DNA of 63,384 nt, filler included, from Theionarchaea archaeon (GCA_018992565.1; 5 parts of 5 records of this genome joined end to end with filler, not necessarily neighbours in it), one strand, 5' to 3'. Positions 1-10,595 are shown, numbered from the whole stretch's first letter. Program-made: numbers and translations. The notes: generated from the sequence alone by a model not told the origin.

Positions 1-2
1 TG

Positions 3-386
3 TGGTCATGCACCTACAATGGGCAGAATCAGCTGACCCAGATAGAAAAGAACCAGCAGTTGATTTCTCAATATACCTACGATGGAGATGGTCAAAGGAT
101 CACCAAGACTGAATGGGTGGAATCAGTGCAGGAATATCAGACACTCATTTATGTGTACTCTGGCATGGAAGTCATATATGAAAAGAACCTGGATACAGAT
201 CAGGAAGCAATCTATGTCTATGGCCGAGGTGGCAGAATAGCAAAGAAAGTTGGAGAACTAATCGATTATTACGAGGAAATCATTGAGAAGCTGTACTCCT
301 TTATATACGAAGAAGATTACGGATTCCGCGGCTCACCCGAAGGTGCCCTTGTAGCCAGTGACTGTAATATCACCAGACATGGGTGA
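3..386 (+). pseudogene. RHS/YD-repeat protein fragment, open at the window edge; RHS similarity stops at about 272
   Basis: YNGQNQLTQI, YTYDGDGQRITK and YVYGRGGRIAKKVG...DYY are RHS core repeats. The expected HxDHLGS continuation is replaced by unrelated sequence and then an IS end. Confidence 0.7.
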
Positions 387-879
387 CACTTTTGACACCA
401 TCCATAGGTAACACTCTTTGTAAGTCTCATGGCAACCGCTCCTCATATCTCGCATGCGGCGTTGCACCATTGATGCCCATGTGAGACCTTTCGTGATTGT
501 AGTAGTACACGTATTTGTCCAATGCCAGCTGGGCTTCCTCTACACTGGTGAAGGGAGTGAGATCCAGAAACTCTTCCTGGAGGTTCCGATGCCAGCGCTC
601 AATCTTCCCGATGCCCTGGGGATGGGTAATGGCTGTCTTGATGTGGGTGATACCTGCCCGTGAACATGCTGCAGAGAATTTCTTGGAGAGAAATTGCCCT
701 CCATTATCCGTGTAGATATGGAGTGGTGCATTATACTGTTTTACCGCAATTTCAAGTGTTTTAACCACTTCCTTTGCTCGTCCTTTCGTGTAGAGACAGC
801 AGGCCAGGATCATCCGGGAACAGTCATCCAGAACAGTGATAGGATATGTCTTTACACCATTGATGGGAAATGAGCCCAT
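363..879 (-). mobile_element. IS481-like element remnant: rve/DDE transposase C-terminal half (427..879) plus right end
   Basis: VLDDCSR, YTDNGGQF, GKIERWHR and YNHERSH are rve motifs. The end begins TGT at 363, with repeated CATRGGTRACACT at 378-390 and 403-415. The N-terminal HTH is missing. Confidence 0.75.
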
Positions 880-883
880 AATC

Positions 884-1008
884 CAGTGCCCCCTCCATCA
901 ACGTAGTTCACCTTTTCTGACTTCTTTGTTCCGCCATGCAATGTACCTGCGAATTGCACGTGCTTGCTCTTTGTGCGATTTATAGTCGGAGTTTAATATG
1001 ATAGCGTC
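884..1008 (-). mobile_element. IS630-family transposase C-terminal remnant with putative terminal sequence
   Basis: Minus-strand frame 898..1008 reads DAIILNSDYKSHKEQARAIRRYIAWRNKEVRKGELR*, resembling IS630 C-termini. It is followed by GGCACTG exactly where the IS481 ORF is cut. Confidence 0.5.
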
Positions 1009-1143
1009 GTTTCCTCAATTGACACTGCTACTCACGAGCTTCTGTGGGAATACAACCTGAATAGTGACGTGTATTCCACACCTGCAGTATGTGATGACAG
1101 GATTATAGTCTTGACACGGGATGAAACGCTCCTATATGCATAG
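997..1143 (+). pseudogene. PQQ-like beta-propeller repeat fragment
   Basis: The frame reads SIDTATHELLWEYNLNSDVYSTPAVCDDRIIV...LLYA*, one W...STPAV blade bounded by stops. Confidence 0.5.
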
Positions 1144-1440
1144 AGTTATAATCCCGTATCCTNNNNNNNNNNNNNNNNNNNNNNNNNNNNNNNNNNNNNN
1201 NNNNNNNNNNNNNNNNNNNNNNNNNNNNNNNNNNNNNNNNNNNNNNNNNNNNNNNNNNNNNNCCCTTAGAGAACTGCTGGACAACTTGGAAGACTCCTTC
1301 TGGACCCTAGGATGGTACTAGCCACAAGGTCAATCTCGTCTTACCTCAGGTCTCGTATAAGTTCACTATAGGCACAGAATAGACTGCATTTTCCACCACC
1401 ACACCAAATAACTTTATAAGCAGATTGACAGTCCAGAATT

Positions 1441-2850
1441 ATGGCGCGAGTCCCCGAAGAGCAAATTTTGAAGGGCCCCATAGTCAAGACCTTACTTGTG
1501 CTGGGCTGGCCAGTAATGATTTCCAACCTGCTTCACAGCATGTACAATATCGTGGACACATTCTGGTTAGGAAGGCTGGGAGGGATAGAGTCCACCAGTG
1601 CAGTAGCTGCGCTCCAGGTTTCCTGGCCCATCGTCTTTCTCACCATTGCCATTGCTTTTGGATTTGGATCTGCAGGGATAGCCCTGGTTTCTCAGTACAC
1701 GGGAGCTCGAAACCCGGAAGAAGCTGATAAGTCAGCAGGCCAGGTCTTATTCATGTCATTCGTGTTTGGGGTGACTATAGCAGTTGCTGGGTTCATGTTT
1801 TCTCATACTATTGTGAACCTCTTGGGGATAAAGGACGCTATTGCAGAGGCAGCTGTGACCTACCTGGAAATAATCTTTCTGGGGATTCCTTTCATGTTCA
1901 CGTCAATGATCTTTGGGTTTCTTATGAGAGCATATGGCGACATGACAACTCCCATGAAATTGGAAGGGATCACTGTCTTGATCAATATGGTGCTGGATCC
2001 AGTGCTCATATTTGGATTGGCTGGGTTTCCCCGAATGGGAATAATGGGGGCAGCAATTGCCACCATATTCTCAAGGTCGATTTCCTCTGTTATCGCCCTG
2101 TATATACTGTTTTCTGGAAAAGCTGGTATCAAGGTGAAATTCCCCTATTTGAAGCCTGTGAAGTGGAGAGTATCCCAGATTTTCAGCATTGGTGTCCCTG
2201 CTTCCGTGGGTAATTCTGGGACTGCCCTGGGGTTTGTCGTGTTGATGGCTGTTATAGCCCGCCTTCCTGATCAGGGCTCCGTTCTGGCGGGGTACGGCAT
2301 TGCAAACAGACTGGTAAACCTGATGTTCATTGCTATTGAAGGTCTGGGAGTGGGTGTGGCCACTATACTGGGCCAGAGTCTGGGAGCAAATAATGTGAAA
2401 AGGGCAGAGGAAGTTGCGAAGAAGGGCATGGTACTCATGTTCTTGATACTGGTGGGTGCATCTTGCTTTCTATTCTGGGGGAGGGAATTCTTGATCCAGA
2501 TCTTTATCAATAATGATGCAGTCATTGCTGAAGGTTCAAATTTTATCAGGGTATTTGTGTTTGGAGTGGCTTTCTTTGGCATTTTCAGGGCAGTCAACTC
2601 TTCATTCATGGGTTCAGGGCATAACATACCCACCATGATCCTGGAACTGGGGAGGCTGTGGGGACTGCGGATACCTCTCTCAATCATATTTGGGTTTACC
2701 ATGGGCTGGGGAACAAGTGGTGTCTGGTTTGGTATGACATTGAGTAACGTTCTGGGAGCAGTATTGGCTCTCGGGTTATTCAAGACAGGAATATGGAAAA
2801 AAAGAGTGATCAAGACCCAAGATCAGGGTCATCCAGTAATAGAAAAGTGA
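1441..2850 (+). CDS. MATE family efflux transporter
   Basis: About 12 TM segments; YNIVDTFWLGRLG, RAYGDMTTP and GQSLGA motifs; TATA TTTATAAG at 1413. Confidence 0.93.
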   Translation: MARVPEEQILKGPIVKTLLVLGWPVMISNLLHSMYNIVDTFWLGRLGGIESTSAVAALQVSWPIVFLTIAIAFGFGSAGIALVSQYTGARNPEEADKSAGQVLFMSFVFGVTIAVAGFMFSHTIVNLLGIKDAIAEAAVTYLEIIFLGIPFMFTSMIFGFLMRAYGDMTTPMKLEGITVLINMVLDPVLIFGLAGFPRMGIMGAAIATIFSRSISSVIALYILFSGKAGIKVKFPYLKPVKWRVSQIFSIGVPASVGNSGTALGFVVLMAVIARLPDQGSVLAGYGIANRLVNLMFIAIEGLGVGVATILGQSLGANNVKRAEEVAKKGMVLMFLILVGASCFLFWGREFLIQIFINNDAVIAEGSNFIRVFVFGVAFFGIFRAVNSSFMGSGHNIPTMILELGRLWGLRIPLSIIFGFTMGWGTSGVWFGMTLSNVLGAVLALGLFKTGIWKKRVIKTQDQGHPVIEK

Positions 2851-3776
2851 GCAAGGAGAGATTCTAATTGTATCTTCTCGTTAGATCCTTCCACCAATCT
2901 GAAATCGTGCTCTCCCAGTTTATCTACCAGTTCAACCTTTTTTTCGTCAGGTATTTTAAGGTTGAAGATTTCTCTGTGCATCTGGCGCAGAATATCCTCA
3001 CCTGATAGTCCCTTGTTGATCAGGAGATCATTCAGCTGCTTTCGGGCTGCCAGAAAGTCGCCACCCAAAGCACTCTCCATCATCTTTCTAATGTCTTCAG
3101 GAGTCGCCCTGGCTGATACCTGGTATATGACATCTCCAGTGATGTTCTTGAAAGCGCTGGCAGCCTGCAGCAAGTTTTCAGATTTGCGCATATCCCCTTC
3201 TGCCACGTACAGCAGGGCATTCATACCGTCTTCTGTTATGGTTAACCCCTCGTTTTCTGAAATCATCTTCATTTTGGATTTGATAGCAGCATCTTGTAGG
3301 GGGCCAAACCTGAACACAGCGCACCTGGACTGGATGGGTTCGATTATCCGGGAAGAGTAGTTGCAGGACAGAATGAACCGACACGTTGAGGTGTAGATTT
3401 CCATGGTGCGCCTCAGAGCATTCTGGGCGTCTGAAGTCAGCGCATCAGACTCATCCAGGAAAATGATCTTGAAATCACCACCAATGGGTCTCGTCCTGGC
3501 AAACTCCTTGATCTTCTGGCGGACGACGTTAATACCACGTTCATCTGACGCATTGGTTTCCTGGAAATTCTGCCTCCAGGTCTCGCCAAAGAATTCATGA
3601 GCCAGACAGATAGCGCAGGTGGTCTTCCCTACCCCTGCGGGTCCTGCGAAGAGCAGATGTGGCATGTTCTCGTGCTCTACATAGTATTTCAACCGTTTCA
3701 CAATACTATCTCGACCCACAACTTCATCCAAGGTCTTCGGTCTGTATTTTTCAGTCCAGGGTTTCTCAAATACCAC
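2829..3776 (-). CDS. rfcS: Replication factor C small subunit
   Basis: WTEKYRP, GPAGVGKT, NASDERG, DESD and IQSRC motifs. Confidence 0.97.
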   Translation of the reverse strand: MVFEKPWTEKYRPKTLDEVVGRDSIVKRLKYYVEHENMPHLLFAGPAGVGKTTCAICLAHEFFGETWRQNFQETNASDERGINVVRQKIKEFARTRPIGGDFKIIFLDESDALTSDAQNALRRTMEIYTSTCRFILSCNYSSRIIEPIQSRCAVFRFGPLQDAAIKSKMKMISENEGLTITEDGMNALLYVAEGDMRKSENLLQAASAFKNITGDVIYQVSARATPEDIRKMMESALGGDFLAARKQLNDLLINKGLSGEDILRQMHREIFNLKIPDEKKVELVDKLGEHDFRLVEGSNEKIQLESLLAHFSITG

Positions 3777-4006
3777 AATATCACCTGCTTACTGCGGTGA
3801 GGTTCTGAAATTTATAAAGGTTTGGTGACTCTCACAGGCGGTCAATGCAGGGGACCACATTCGCGAAGTGCCTCTATCTCGAAATGATCAACCCCTTCTC
3901 AAAGGTGTCATCAGCATCTGATTCTTTTCGTTAGGAGGGAACATCTTCCAATTCTTCTTTAAAAAGAAATGACTATCCATGTTCTTTGCCTAGTATCTTA
4001 CATGTC

Positions 4007-4020
4007 AAAACGTTTATATG
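4007..4020 (+). promoter_or_regulatory. BRE/TATA box for the RRE-rSAM operon
   Basis: AAAACGTTTATATG; the TATA begins 29 nt before ATG 4042, the spacing seen at other genes here. Confidence 0.65.
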
Positions 4021-4041
4021 GTCAATTCGCCGTTTATCTCT

Positions 4042-4668
4042 ATGGAAGATCTCGAGCACACATACATTCGCTGGTCTGACAACTGTGTGTGGCAATCCTT
4101 TGGTGAAACACTTGCTGTCGTGCATACTACTCCCCCTGATGAAGGACTCATTCCTTCAGAAGACCACACTCCCGGAATACAGCTGAACGACGTAGGAAAA
4201 GATGTCTGGGAATTGTGCGATGGTTCCAGGACTTTCAACGCTATCTATGAACAGTTGCTGGAAGAGTATGAAGGAGATTCAGAGAAGATTAAGGAAGATT
4301 TGAAAAAAACCGTCACCAAATTGGAGGAAAAGGGGTTCTTGACCTTTGAAGATGCTCCCAGAGAATATGAACCCATTGAGATCAATCTGAGTATGTACCC
4401 CTACTGGGATGACAATGTGCTGTGGAACGAGGTGGAAAATCAGGTAGTAGCCATGAACAACCAAACAGGAGTGTCTTTTGAATTTCCTGAAGACCTGGGA
4501 GAGTTTTGGAAGCTCTGCAATGGCAGGAAAACGGTCAGTGACATTCTTGCCACTCTTGAAGAGAAAGGGGTGGTGACTAAGAGACAGCCGAGGAATGCGT
4601 TTACTCTTCTCCTGAAGAAGCTGGTCAAGCTCAACATGGTTGTCATGAGGGATGCTCCTGTACCCTGA
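4042..4668 (+). CDS. Tandem PqqD-family (RiPP recognition element) protein
   Basis: Two PqqD-like units: LNDVGKDVWELCDGSRT...LEEKGFL and EFWKLCNGRKTVSDI...LVKLNMV. Start moved from 4018 to 4042 because 4018 lies inside the TATA box. Confidence 0.85.
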   Translation: MEDLEHTYIRWSDNCVWQSFGETLAVVHTTPPDEGLIPSEDHTPGIQLNDVGKDVWELCDGSRTFNAIYEQLLEEYEGDSEKIKEDLKKTVTKLEEKGFLTFEDAPREYEPIEINLSMYPYWDDNVLWNEVENQVVAMNNQTGVSFEFPEDLGEFWKLCNGRKTVSDILATLEEKGVVTKRQPRNAFTLLLKKLVKLNMVVMRDAPVP

Positions 4669-4677
4669 GGGATTTTG

Positions 4678-6039
4678 ATGCAGCCTCTCAAGAGAAGGAT
4701 TGTTGTCCCGCTTAAGAAGGATGAATACCTCCTTATCAATCCCTACTCAGGGCTAACTGATATTATTGATTCAGAAGCACTGCAAGGTCTGGAGAAGGAA
4801 CATCCAGATCCTCACAATGATGTTATCCATGCTCTCAGGAGAAGAGGTCACCTCAAGGAGGAAGGAGAGGAAGAGAACCTCTTTTCTTTCCTGGAAGAAG
4901 AGGCAGCGAAGGTACATGAGGCTGCTCGTTCAATGCACCTCCACGTTATCGTGCCCACCTATCAGTGTAATTTGCGGTGCCCCTACTGCTTTGAAAAACA
5001 TGTATACAGAAAGGAACTGAAGCAGAGAGCAGTCATGGATGAAAAGTCAGTGGATCTTCTCTTTGAATCTGTGGTATCTCTGGATAAGGAATCAAAAGAG
5101 AAGTGCGTTGTCCTGTATGGGGGGGAGCCCCTTCAGGTTGAGAATAAGGATATTATCCAGTACATACTGAAGAAGGGAGATACCCTGGGTTATTCCTTCA
5201 AGGTGGTCACTAATGGTGCCGACCTGTATCATTTTGTCCCCGCGCTCTCTGAGGTGGCTGTTCAGAAGATCCAGGTAACCCTTGATGGTCCTCAGCCTGT
5301 GCATGATAGGAGAAGATTTCGACCTGGAGGAATAGGAACATTTATTGACATAGTGAGAGGGGTGGATGCATGCGTGGAGCATGACCTCCCCATAGGAATA
5401 CGAATCAACGTTGATAGAGAGAATATTGACTCCATCCCCGAGTTTGGGGAATTCTATGAGCAAAAAGGGTGGTATCCCCAGGTGTATGCCTTCTTGACCA
5501 ATGTGCATGAGTCCGAGTGTGTATCCTACTTCCCTCTGATATCTCCAGAGGAATTTGTCCAGAAGATTGTACGCCTCTTTGAGGAGGATGACAGGATGAG
5601 ACCTTTCTTACAGACATTCCGATACCCCAACGTTCTCCTGGAACACCTCTTTGCAGGGAAGCAGTTCAAGCCCCGGTTCTGGGGCTGCGGTGCTCACACG
5701 TCCATTTTGATTTATGATCCCGTGGGGGACATCTACCCGTGCTACGAGGCTGTGGGTGACGAACGCCACAAGATCGGGGAGTACATGCCCCAGCTACGAT
5801 TCAATGATATGTATGATCACTGGAGGAATAGAACAGTATTTTCAATTCCTGAATGTAGAGAGTGCAATTACGGCCTTCTCTGTGGTGGCGGATGTGCTTA
5901 TGGAGCTTACACACAACATGGATCGATATATAAACCCTACTGTGACAAGATCAGATACTCGTTGGAGTATGAGGTGCCCTATTTACTGGAACTCAGCAAG
6001 GCAAACGTCTCTCTCTCCGAGGAGAAAGACTGGTACTAG
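4678..6039 (+). CDS. Radical SAM/SPASM peptide-maturase-like enzyme
   Basis: CNLRCPYC, YGGEPL, and SPASM motif CGAH...YPCY...CRECNYGLLCGGGC...C. The N-terminal extension looks RRE-like. Confidence 0.92.
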   Translation: MQPLKRRIVVPLKKDEYLLINPYSGLTDIIDSEALQGLEKEHPDPHNDVIHALRRRGHLKEEGEEENLFSFLEEEAAKVHEAARSMHLHVIVPTYQCNLRCPYCFEKHVYRKELKQRAVMDEKSVDLLFESVVSLDKESKEKCVVLYGGEPLQVENKDIIQYILKKGDTLGYSFKVVTNGADLYHFVPALSEVAVQKIQVTLDGPQPVHDRRRFRPGGIGTFIDIVRGVDACVEHDLPIGIRINVDRENIDSIPEFGEFYEQKGWYPQVYAFLTNVHESECVSYFPLISPEEFVQKIVRLFEEDDRMRPFLQTFRYPNVLLEHLFAGKQFKPRFWGCGAHTSILIYDPVGDIYPCYEAVGDERHKIGEYMPQLRFNDMYDHWRNRTVFSIPECRECNYGLLCGGGCAYGAYTQHGSIYKPYCDKIRYSLEYEVPYLLELSKANVSLSEEKDWY

Positions 6040-6044
6040 GTGAT

Positions 6045-7340
6045 ATGGTGAAGAAGAACCCAGTAATCCAGGTGGGTGAAGATGAATTCCTCTTGTACAA
6101 CCCTCTCACGAAAGTTGTTGATGTAGTGGACTCTGAGGTCGTTACTGGATTACGAACTGGGCCCCTTCCTCCTGACATGAGGGAGTACTTGAAAAGACAT
6201 GGCCACCTCACTGATAATGAAGATGAAGAAGCCCTGTTGAAGCAGGAATGTCAGAAATCATATGCCAGATTTGCTGCATCTTCTGCTTACTATTTGATTC
6301 CTACCTATAATTGCAATATGCGCTGCATTTACTGCTATGAGAAGGATTTAAGAAGAGAATCGAAGGTGATGAGCAGCCGGACTGTGAATCAAGTTTTCAC
6401 CATTGTAGAGGAACGTGAAGGAGATACTGTCATTCTCTACGGGGGGGAACCCTTCCAAGTGGCAACAACGTCTGTAGTTGAACAGATAGCGAAATTATCA
6501 AAAGAGACAGGATGCAGCCTTTCCGCATGTACAAATGGCCTCGAGTTACTGGATTTTGAACCTCTTTTTGACTATTTCTCAGAGATTATGGTAACATTGG
6601 ATGGAGTCGAACCTGTTCAGAACTTCAGGAGACCCTCTGTAAAGGGACCCTCTTTTGCCACAGTGGTTCGCAGTATAGAGGGAGTCATTGAAGCAGGGAT
6701 CCCTGTAACCATCTCAGTGAATGCAGATGCGCAGAATGTGGAATCTCTACCAGAACTGGCAGATTTCTTCATGGAAAAAGGATGGCATGACCTACCATCA
6801 GTTCATATTACGGTGTCCCATATAATGCAGTCTCTGGATAAAACGTATCCATACATACTGGAGCCCAACGATGCTGCACAGAAAATGGTTGAACTCTACC
6901 GGGAGCATCCTTCTATGGAGCTTTTCCTGGAATCTATTAAAGGTTCAAACCCGCTGGTTAATGTGTTCTTCAGAGGAGAAGAGTGGAGGCCACGCTACTG
7001 GTACTGCGGTGCGAATTGTTATATGCTTTTTTTTGACCCGTACAACTATATTTACCCCTGTTACATGGTAGTAGGGAGGCCTTCTTTTGCAGTGGGGAGG
7101 TTCTCTGATACAATTGAGGAGTTCCCGAGTATGGCTGCATGGAGAGAGCGCACCTGTTTCACCATACCTCAATGCAGGGAATGTGTATACAATTGCTTTT
7201 GCGGTGGAGGCTGTGCATATCGCCAGTACCTGAGAAGTGGGGCTCTCACTGATCCAAACTGTGACACCATGGAAGCCTTAACCACATGGTATGTGCCCTT
7301 TCTGTACGAAAAGGTGAAGGAAAGAGGTGAGAGGCTGTGA
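6045..7340 (+). CDS. Radical SAM/SPASM enzyme, paralog of the upstream gene
   Basis: CNMRCIYC, YGGEP, and YCGANC...PCY...CRECVYNCFCGGGC...C. Confidence 0.92.
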   Translation: MVKKNPVIQVGEDEFLLYNPLTKVVDVVDSEVVTGLRTGPLPPDMREYLKRHGHLTDNEDEEALLKQECQKSYARFAASSAYYLIPTYNCNMRCIYCYEKDLRRESKVMSSRTVNQVFTIVEEREGDTVILYGGEPFQVATTSVVEQIAKLSKETGCSLSACTNGLELLDFEPLFDYFSEIMVTLDGVEPVQNFRRPSVKGPSFATVVRSIEGVIEAGIPVTISVNADAQNVESLPELADFFMEKGWHDLPSVHITVSHIMQSLDKTYPYILEPNDAAQKMVELYREHPSMELFLESIKGSNPLVNVFFRGEEWRPRYWYCGANCYMLFFDPYNYIYPCYMVVGRPSFAVGRFSDTIEEFPSMAAWRERTCFTIPQCRECVYNCFCGGGCAYRQYLRSGALTDPNCDTMEALTTWYVPFLYEKVKERGERL

Positions 7341-7542
7341 AACCTCGGTTCCGGGGAGGGCGCACTACACATGCATGGGAAGCTGTTATGTAACGCCAGA
7401 GAACTGACCTTCTCATCAAGGAGGGATCACTCACAACTCATCAATCATCAGTGACGAGAGTAATCATTTCCATCTTCATCCCGGAAGGGGTTTCAGCGTT
7501 GTGGGCAGGTATTCCAGCAGGTATCCCGCTCCTTATCTTCCG

Positions 7543-7556
7543 CCAAGGTTTATATG
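7543..7556 (+). promoter_or_regulatory. BRE/TATA box for the glycosyltransferase
   Basis: CCAAGGTTTATATG; the TATA begins 29 nt before ATG 7578. Confidence 0.6.
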
Positions 7557-7577
7557 ACTCGTCCTCGTAATGCCTGC

Positions 7578-8753
7578 ATGCAGGTGTTGTTCATTTCCAA
7601 GTATCCCCCTATTGAAGGATTCGTGTCCTCGTATGCTTATTGGCTTGTAAGAGCTTTGGGGGAGAGAGGACACCGGGTTTTTGTCGTTACCAATTCGACG
7701 GAAGTTGATCACACGTACAAGGAAGATACACTCATTGATGATGCCTTATTGGCACCAGAAGAAGTGACGCTCTGCCACACCTGCGAGGACAGAACCCTGG
7801 GATGCGTTCCCTACTTCAATCCTTTTACCGAGAAGCTGGCGTCCCTTGCCCTGGATTTAATCGATGAGCATGATATTTCCCTCATTGATTCATGGTATCT
7901 CCTGCCCTATGGGGTGGCCGGATTGATGGTCAGCCTTCTCTCGGGACTGCCCCTGGTGGGGAGAGTGGCGGGGACAGATGGGGAAAGGATGTGTGGTTCT
8001 CCTCAATTTAGGAGACTTGCTCTGTCCTTCTTTGAACACTGTTCCCAGGTCATTGGGAATGCAAGATTCATTTCCTTCATGACTTCAGAGATGCAGCAGA
8101 AGGTCATCCCTCATGGGATCGTGTTGCATCCTTCATTCACAGAACAGAGACCTCCCCTTGACCTGTCAGGGTACCCTCATTATACAGAAGGCATTCCTGT
8201 CATCACCTTTGTGGGGAAGGCAACCTCATTCAAAGGGTTTTTCTCCCTGGCTGACGCACTCTCTCGGATACGAGAACCATTTCTCTTTCTGGTTATCTCC
8301 AATGGACCTGAATATCCACACTTTGCAGCGCATGTGAAGAACCGAGCCCTGGAGGAGAAAACACTCTTTCTCCCGTTTCAACCCCCGTGGAAGATGCCTG
8401 CAGTATATCGCGCTTCCACGGTAGTAGTCTGTCTGGAACATGGCAACTTAATACAGAGAGCTCCCATTGTGCCGAGAGAAGCTGCTTCCTGTAAATGTTG
8501 CACAGTAATCAGCCCTGAGATCCATTCAAAAGGACACTATCGTCTTCTGGAAAATGGAGTCCACACCGTGGTTGCAGACCCGGAGAATAGAGAGGACCTC
8601 AGGAATGCACTTCAAAATTTGATTGCTCACCCCGAGAAGGCTGAGATGGTCGGAGAGGGCGGACATGAGTTTTTTTCCCGGCTGGATAGCCCGAGAAATC
8701 ACAGGATGTATGTTGACACTGTCCTGAAAATGTATAGAAAGGTCTGCGAATGA
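7578..8753 (+). CDS. Glycosyltransferase, GT-B/GT4-like
   Basis: VLFISKYPP...ALGERGHRVFVVT N-terminus, ITFVGK...KG, and C-terminal E...PREA region. Confidence 0.85.
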   Translation: MQVLFISKYPPIEGFVSSYAYWLVRALGERGHRVFVVTNSTEVDHTYKEDTLIDDALLAPEEVTLCHTCEDRTLGCVPYFNPFTEKLASLALDLIDEHDISLIDSWYLLPYGVAGLMVSLLSGLPLVGRVAGTDGERMCGSPQFRRLALSFFEHCSQVIGNARFISFMTSEMQQKVIPHGIVLHPSFTEQRPPLDLSGYPHYTEGIPVITFVGKATSFKGFFSLADALSRIREPFLFLVISNGPEYPHFAAHVKNRALEEKTLFLPFQPPWKMPAVYRASTVVVCLEHGNLIQRAPIVPREAASCKCCTVISPEIHSKGHYRLLENGVHTVVADPENREDLRNALQNLIAHPEKAEMVGEGGHEFFSRLDSPRNHRMYVDTVLKMYRKVCE

Positions 8754-8891
8754 AGTTGATTCCGGGCGATTCCTGTGAAGGTGGTGACCAACTCTGATGC
8801 AGATTTTTGTCACATTCGTAATCCTGCACCTGCAGTCGCTGAACCCCNNNNNNNNNNNNNNNNNNNNNNNNNNNNNNNNNNNNNNNNNNNN

Positions 8892-8903
8892 TTAATTAAT
8901 TAA
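8892..8903. other. Artificial scaffold linker
   Basis: TTAATTAATTAA (stops in all frames) inside an N run. Confidence 0.97.
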
Positions 8904-8947
8904 NNNNNNNNNNNNNNNNNNNNNNNNNNNNNNNNNNNNNNNNNNNN

Positions 8948-9291
8948 GGAAAATTGCAGAAAAAAGCATGTCCCAACTCAAAGTGGTAGAAAAGCCTGCA
9001 GAAGCAGCTCGAGATGCAGATATCTTGTATACGGATGTCTGGGTAAGTATGGGCGAAGACAAAGAGAAGGAGAAGAGACTGAAGGACTTCAAGGGATATC
9101 AGATTAATGCAGACCTCTTGAAGGTAGCAGCACGCGATGCAGTAGTCATGCACTGTCTGCCTGCTCATCGTGGGCTGGAAATTACAGATGACGTCATAGA
9201 AGGAAACCAGTCTATTGTCTGGGCCCAGGGAGAGAACAAGCTGTATGGAGCTGCAGGCATCCTTGATCTTCTACTATCCAGGGAGAGGTGA
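8948..9291 (+). CDS. arcB: Ornithine carbamoyltransferase, C-terminal part (5' end cut by scaffold end)
   Basis: YTDVWVSMG, MHCLPA and QGENK motifs; lies directly upstream of arcA. Confidence 0.92.
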
Positions 9292-9296
9292 GTATT

Positions 9297-10595
9297 ATGA
9301 AAGCACAAGCAAAAGCAGAATGGCACCCCCTGAGAAAGGTGGTGGTCCACAGGCCAGGAATTGAAATGTTCTTTGGATTGTTGGAACCGTATGCTTCACT
9401 ATATGAACGGGCTTTCAGCAGATATGAAGCCCGAAGAGAACATGAAAAACTGGAGTATACACTGAAGCAAGAATTCAAAATAGACATACTGCGCCTCAAA
9501 GAAACGATCTTATCCATTGCGGACAGGAATCCCAGGATCAGAGAGGATCTGATCAAGAGAGCCTACCAATCAGTCACTTTCAAAGGAGACAAGAAAGAAG
9601 CAGATCTCGCTAGAAAGCAAATGGAGAAGAATACAGATGTTCTTGACTCAGGACATTTCTTCAACATTCTGCTCCTTCACCCATTAGTTGATCTTGAAAC
9701 AGAGCCAGGTGCTCGGATCATCCACCTCAATGTCACAGAAAGAGAACCAGTCTCCAACCTGTATTTCATGCGGGACCAGCAGGCAGTTACTGACAAAGGA
9801 ATAGTCCTGTCACGAATGTCAAAGCCGCAGAGACGCAGGGAGCCCTTACTTACTCAGTTTCTGTGGGAGATACTTGAAGCACCTGTTGTCCATGAAACCC
9901 AGGAGCCAGGGACCTTCGAGGGCGGTGACTTCATTCCTATGGGTGACTTTGCACTCATGGGTATTGGAGACAGGACCAATCGGTCGGGTGTGGAACAGAT
10001 GCTTGCATCAGGACTTGGATTTGATGAGGTTGGAGTAGTCCACCAACCGAACCATCCGCTGATCCCTGGCGAAAAGAGAGACCCCATGGTTGACATGCAC
10101 CTTGATACCTATTTCAATGTTGCATCCAGCAGTGCTGTGGTGGGGCTGGAACTTCTGCTCAAGAACGCGAAAGTGGAGATCTACCACCGGGAAGGTGGTT
10201 CCTACACCAAGGACAAAGAAGAAACTTCCCTTCATGATTACATCAAGGGGAAAGGATTTGATATCATCCCCATTACCACGCTGGAACAAATGTCATACGC
10301 ATCGAACTTCCTATGTATCAGAGATGGCACAATTCTGGCAGTTGAAGTAGATCGCAACGTGAAGGACGTGCTTGAGAATCTGAAAACGCAAGTACAATCA
10401 GATCCAGAAAGATATGGAAAGCTCTTGGCACAGGCAGAAAAGGACTACGAGAGCCTCAAAAACGAGGGACAGTTCTTCCCCCACAAAAAAGAAATCTACC
10501 AGCACGGAATAGATGCATATCCCCTCATTCTCCCCAACCTAACAGGAGGATACGGGGGAGCCCACTGTATGACATGTGCTCTCAAGAGAGGATAA
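9297..10595 (+). CDS. arcA: Arginine deiminase
   Basis: NLYFMRD, EGGD, MHLDT and GGAHCMT (catalytic Cys); SD GAGGTGA before ATG 9297. Confidence 0.93.
   Translation: MKAQAKAEWHPLRKVVVHRPGIEMFFGLLEPYASLYERAFSRYEARREHEKLEYTLKQEFKIDILRLKETILSIADRNPRIREDLIKRAYQSVTFKGDKKEADLARKQMEKNTDVLDSGHFFNILLLHPLVDLETEPGARIIHLNVTEREPVSNLYFMRDQQAVTDKGIVLSRMSKPQRRREPLLTQFLWEILEAPVVHETQEPGTFEGGDFIPMGDFALMGIGDRTNRSGVEQMLASGLGFDEVGVVHQPNHPLIPGEKRDPMVDMHLDTYFNVASSSAVVGLELLLKNAKVEIYHREGGSYTKDKEETSLHDYIKGKGFDIIPITTLEQMSYASNFLCIRDGTILAVEVDRNVKDVLENLKTQVQSDPERYGKLLAQAEKDYESLKNEGQFFPHKKEIYQHGIDAYPLILPNLTGGYGGAHCMTCALKRG

Noticed and set aside
7337..7454. Tiny ORFs after the second rSAM (for example MHGKLLCNAREL..., 27 aa) as precursor peptides
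   Set aside because: No leader/core pattern, no Cys or aromatic motif and a weak SD; indistinguishable from chance.
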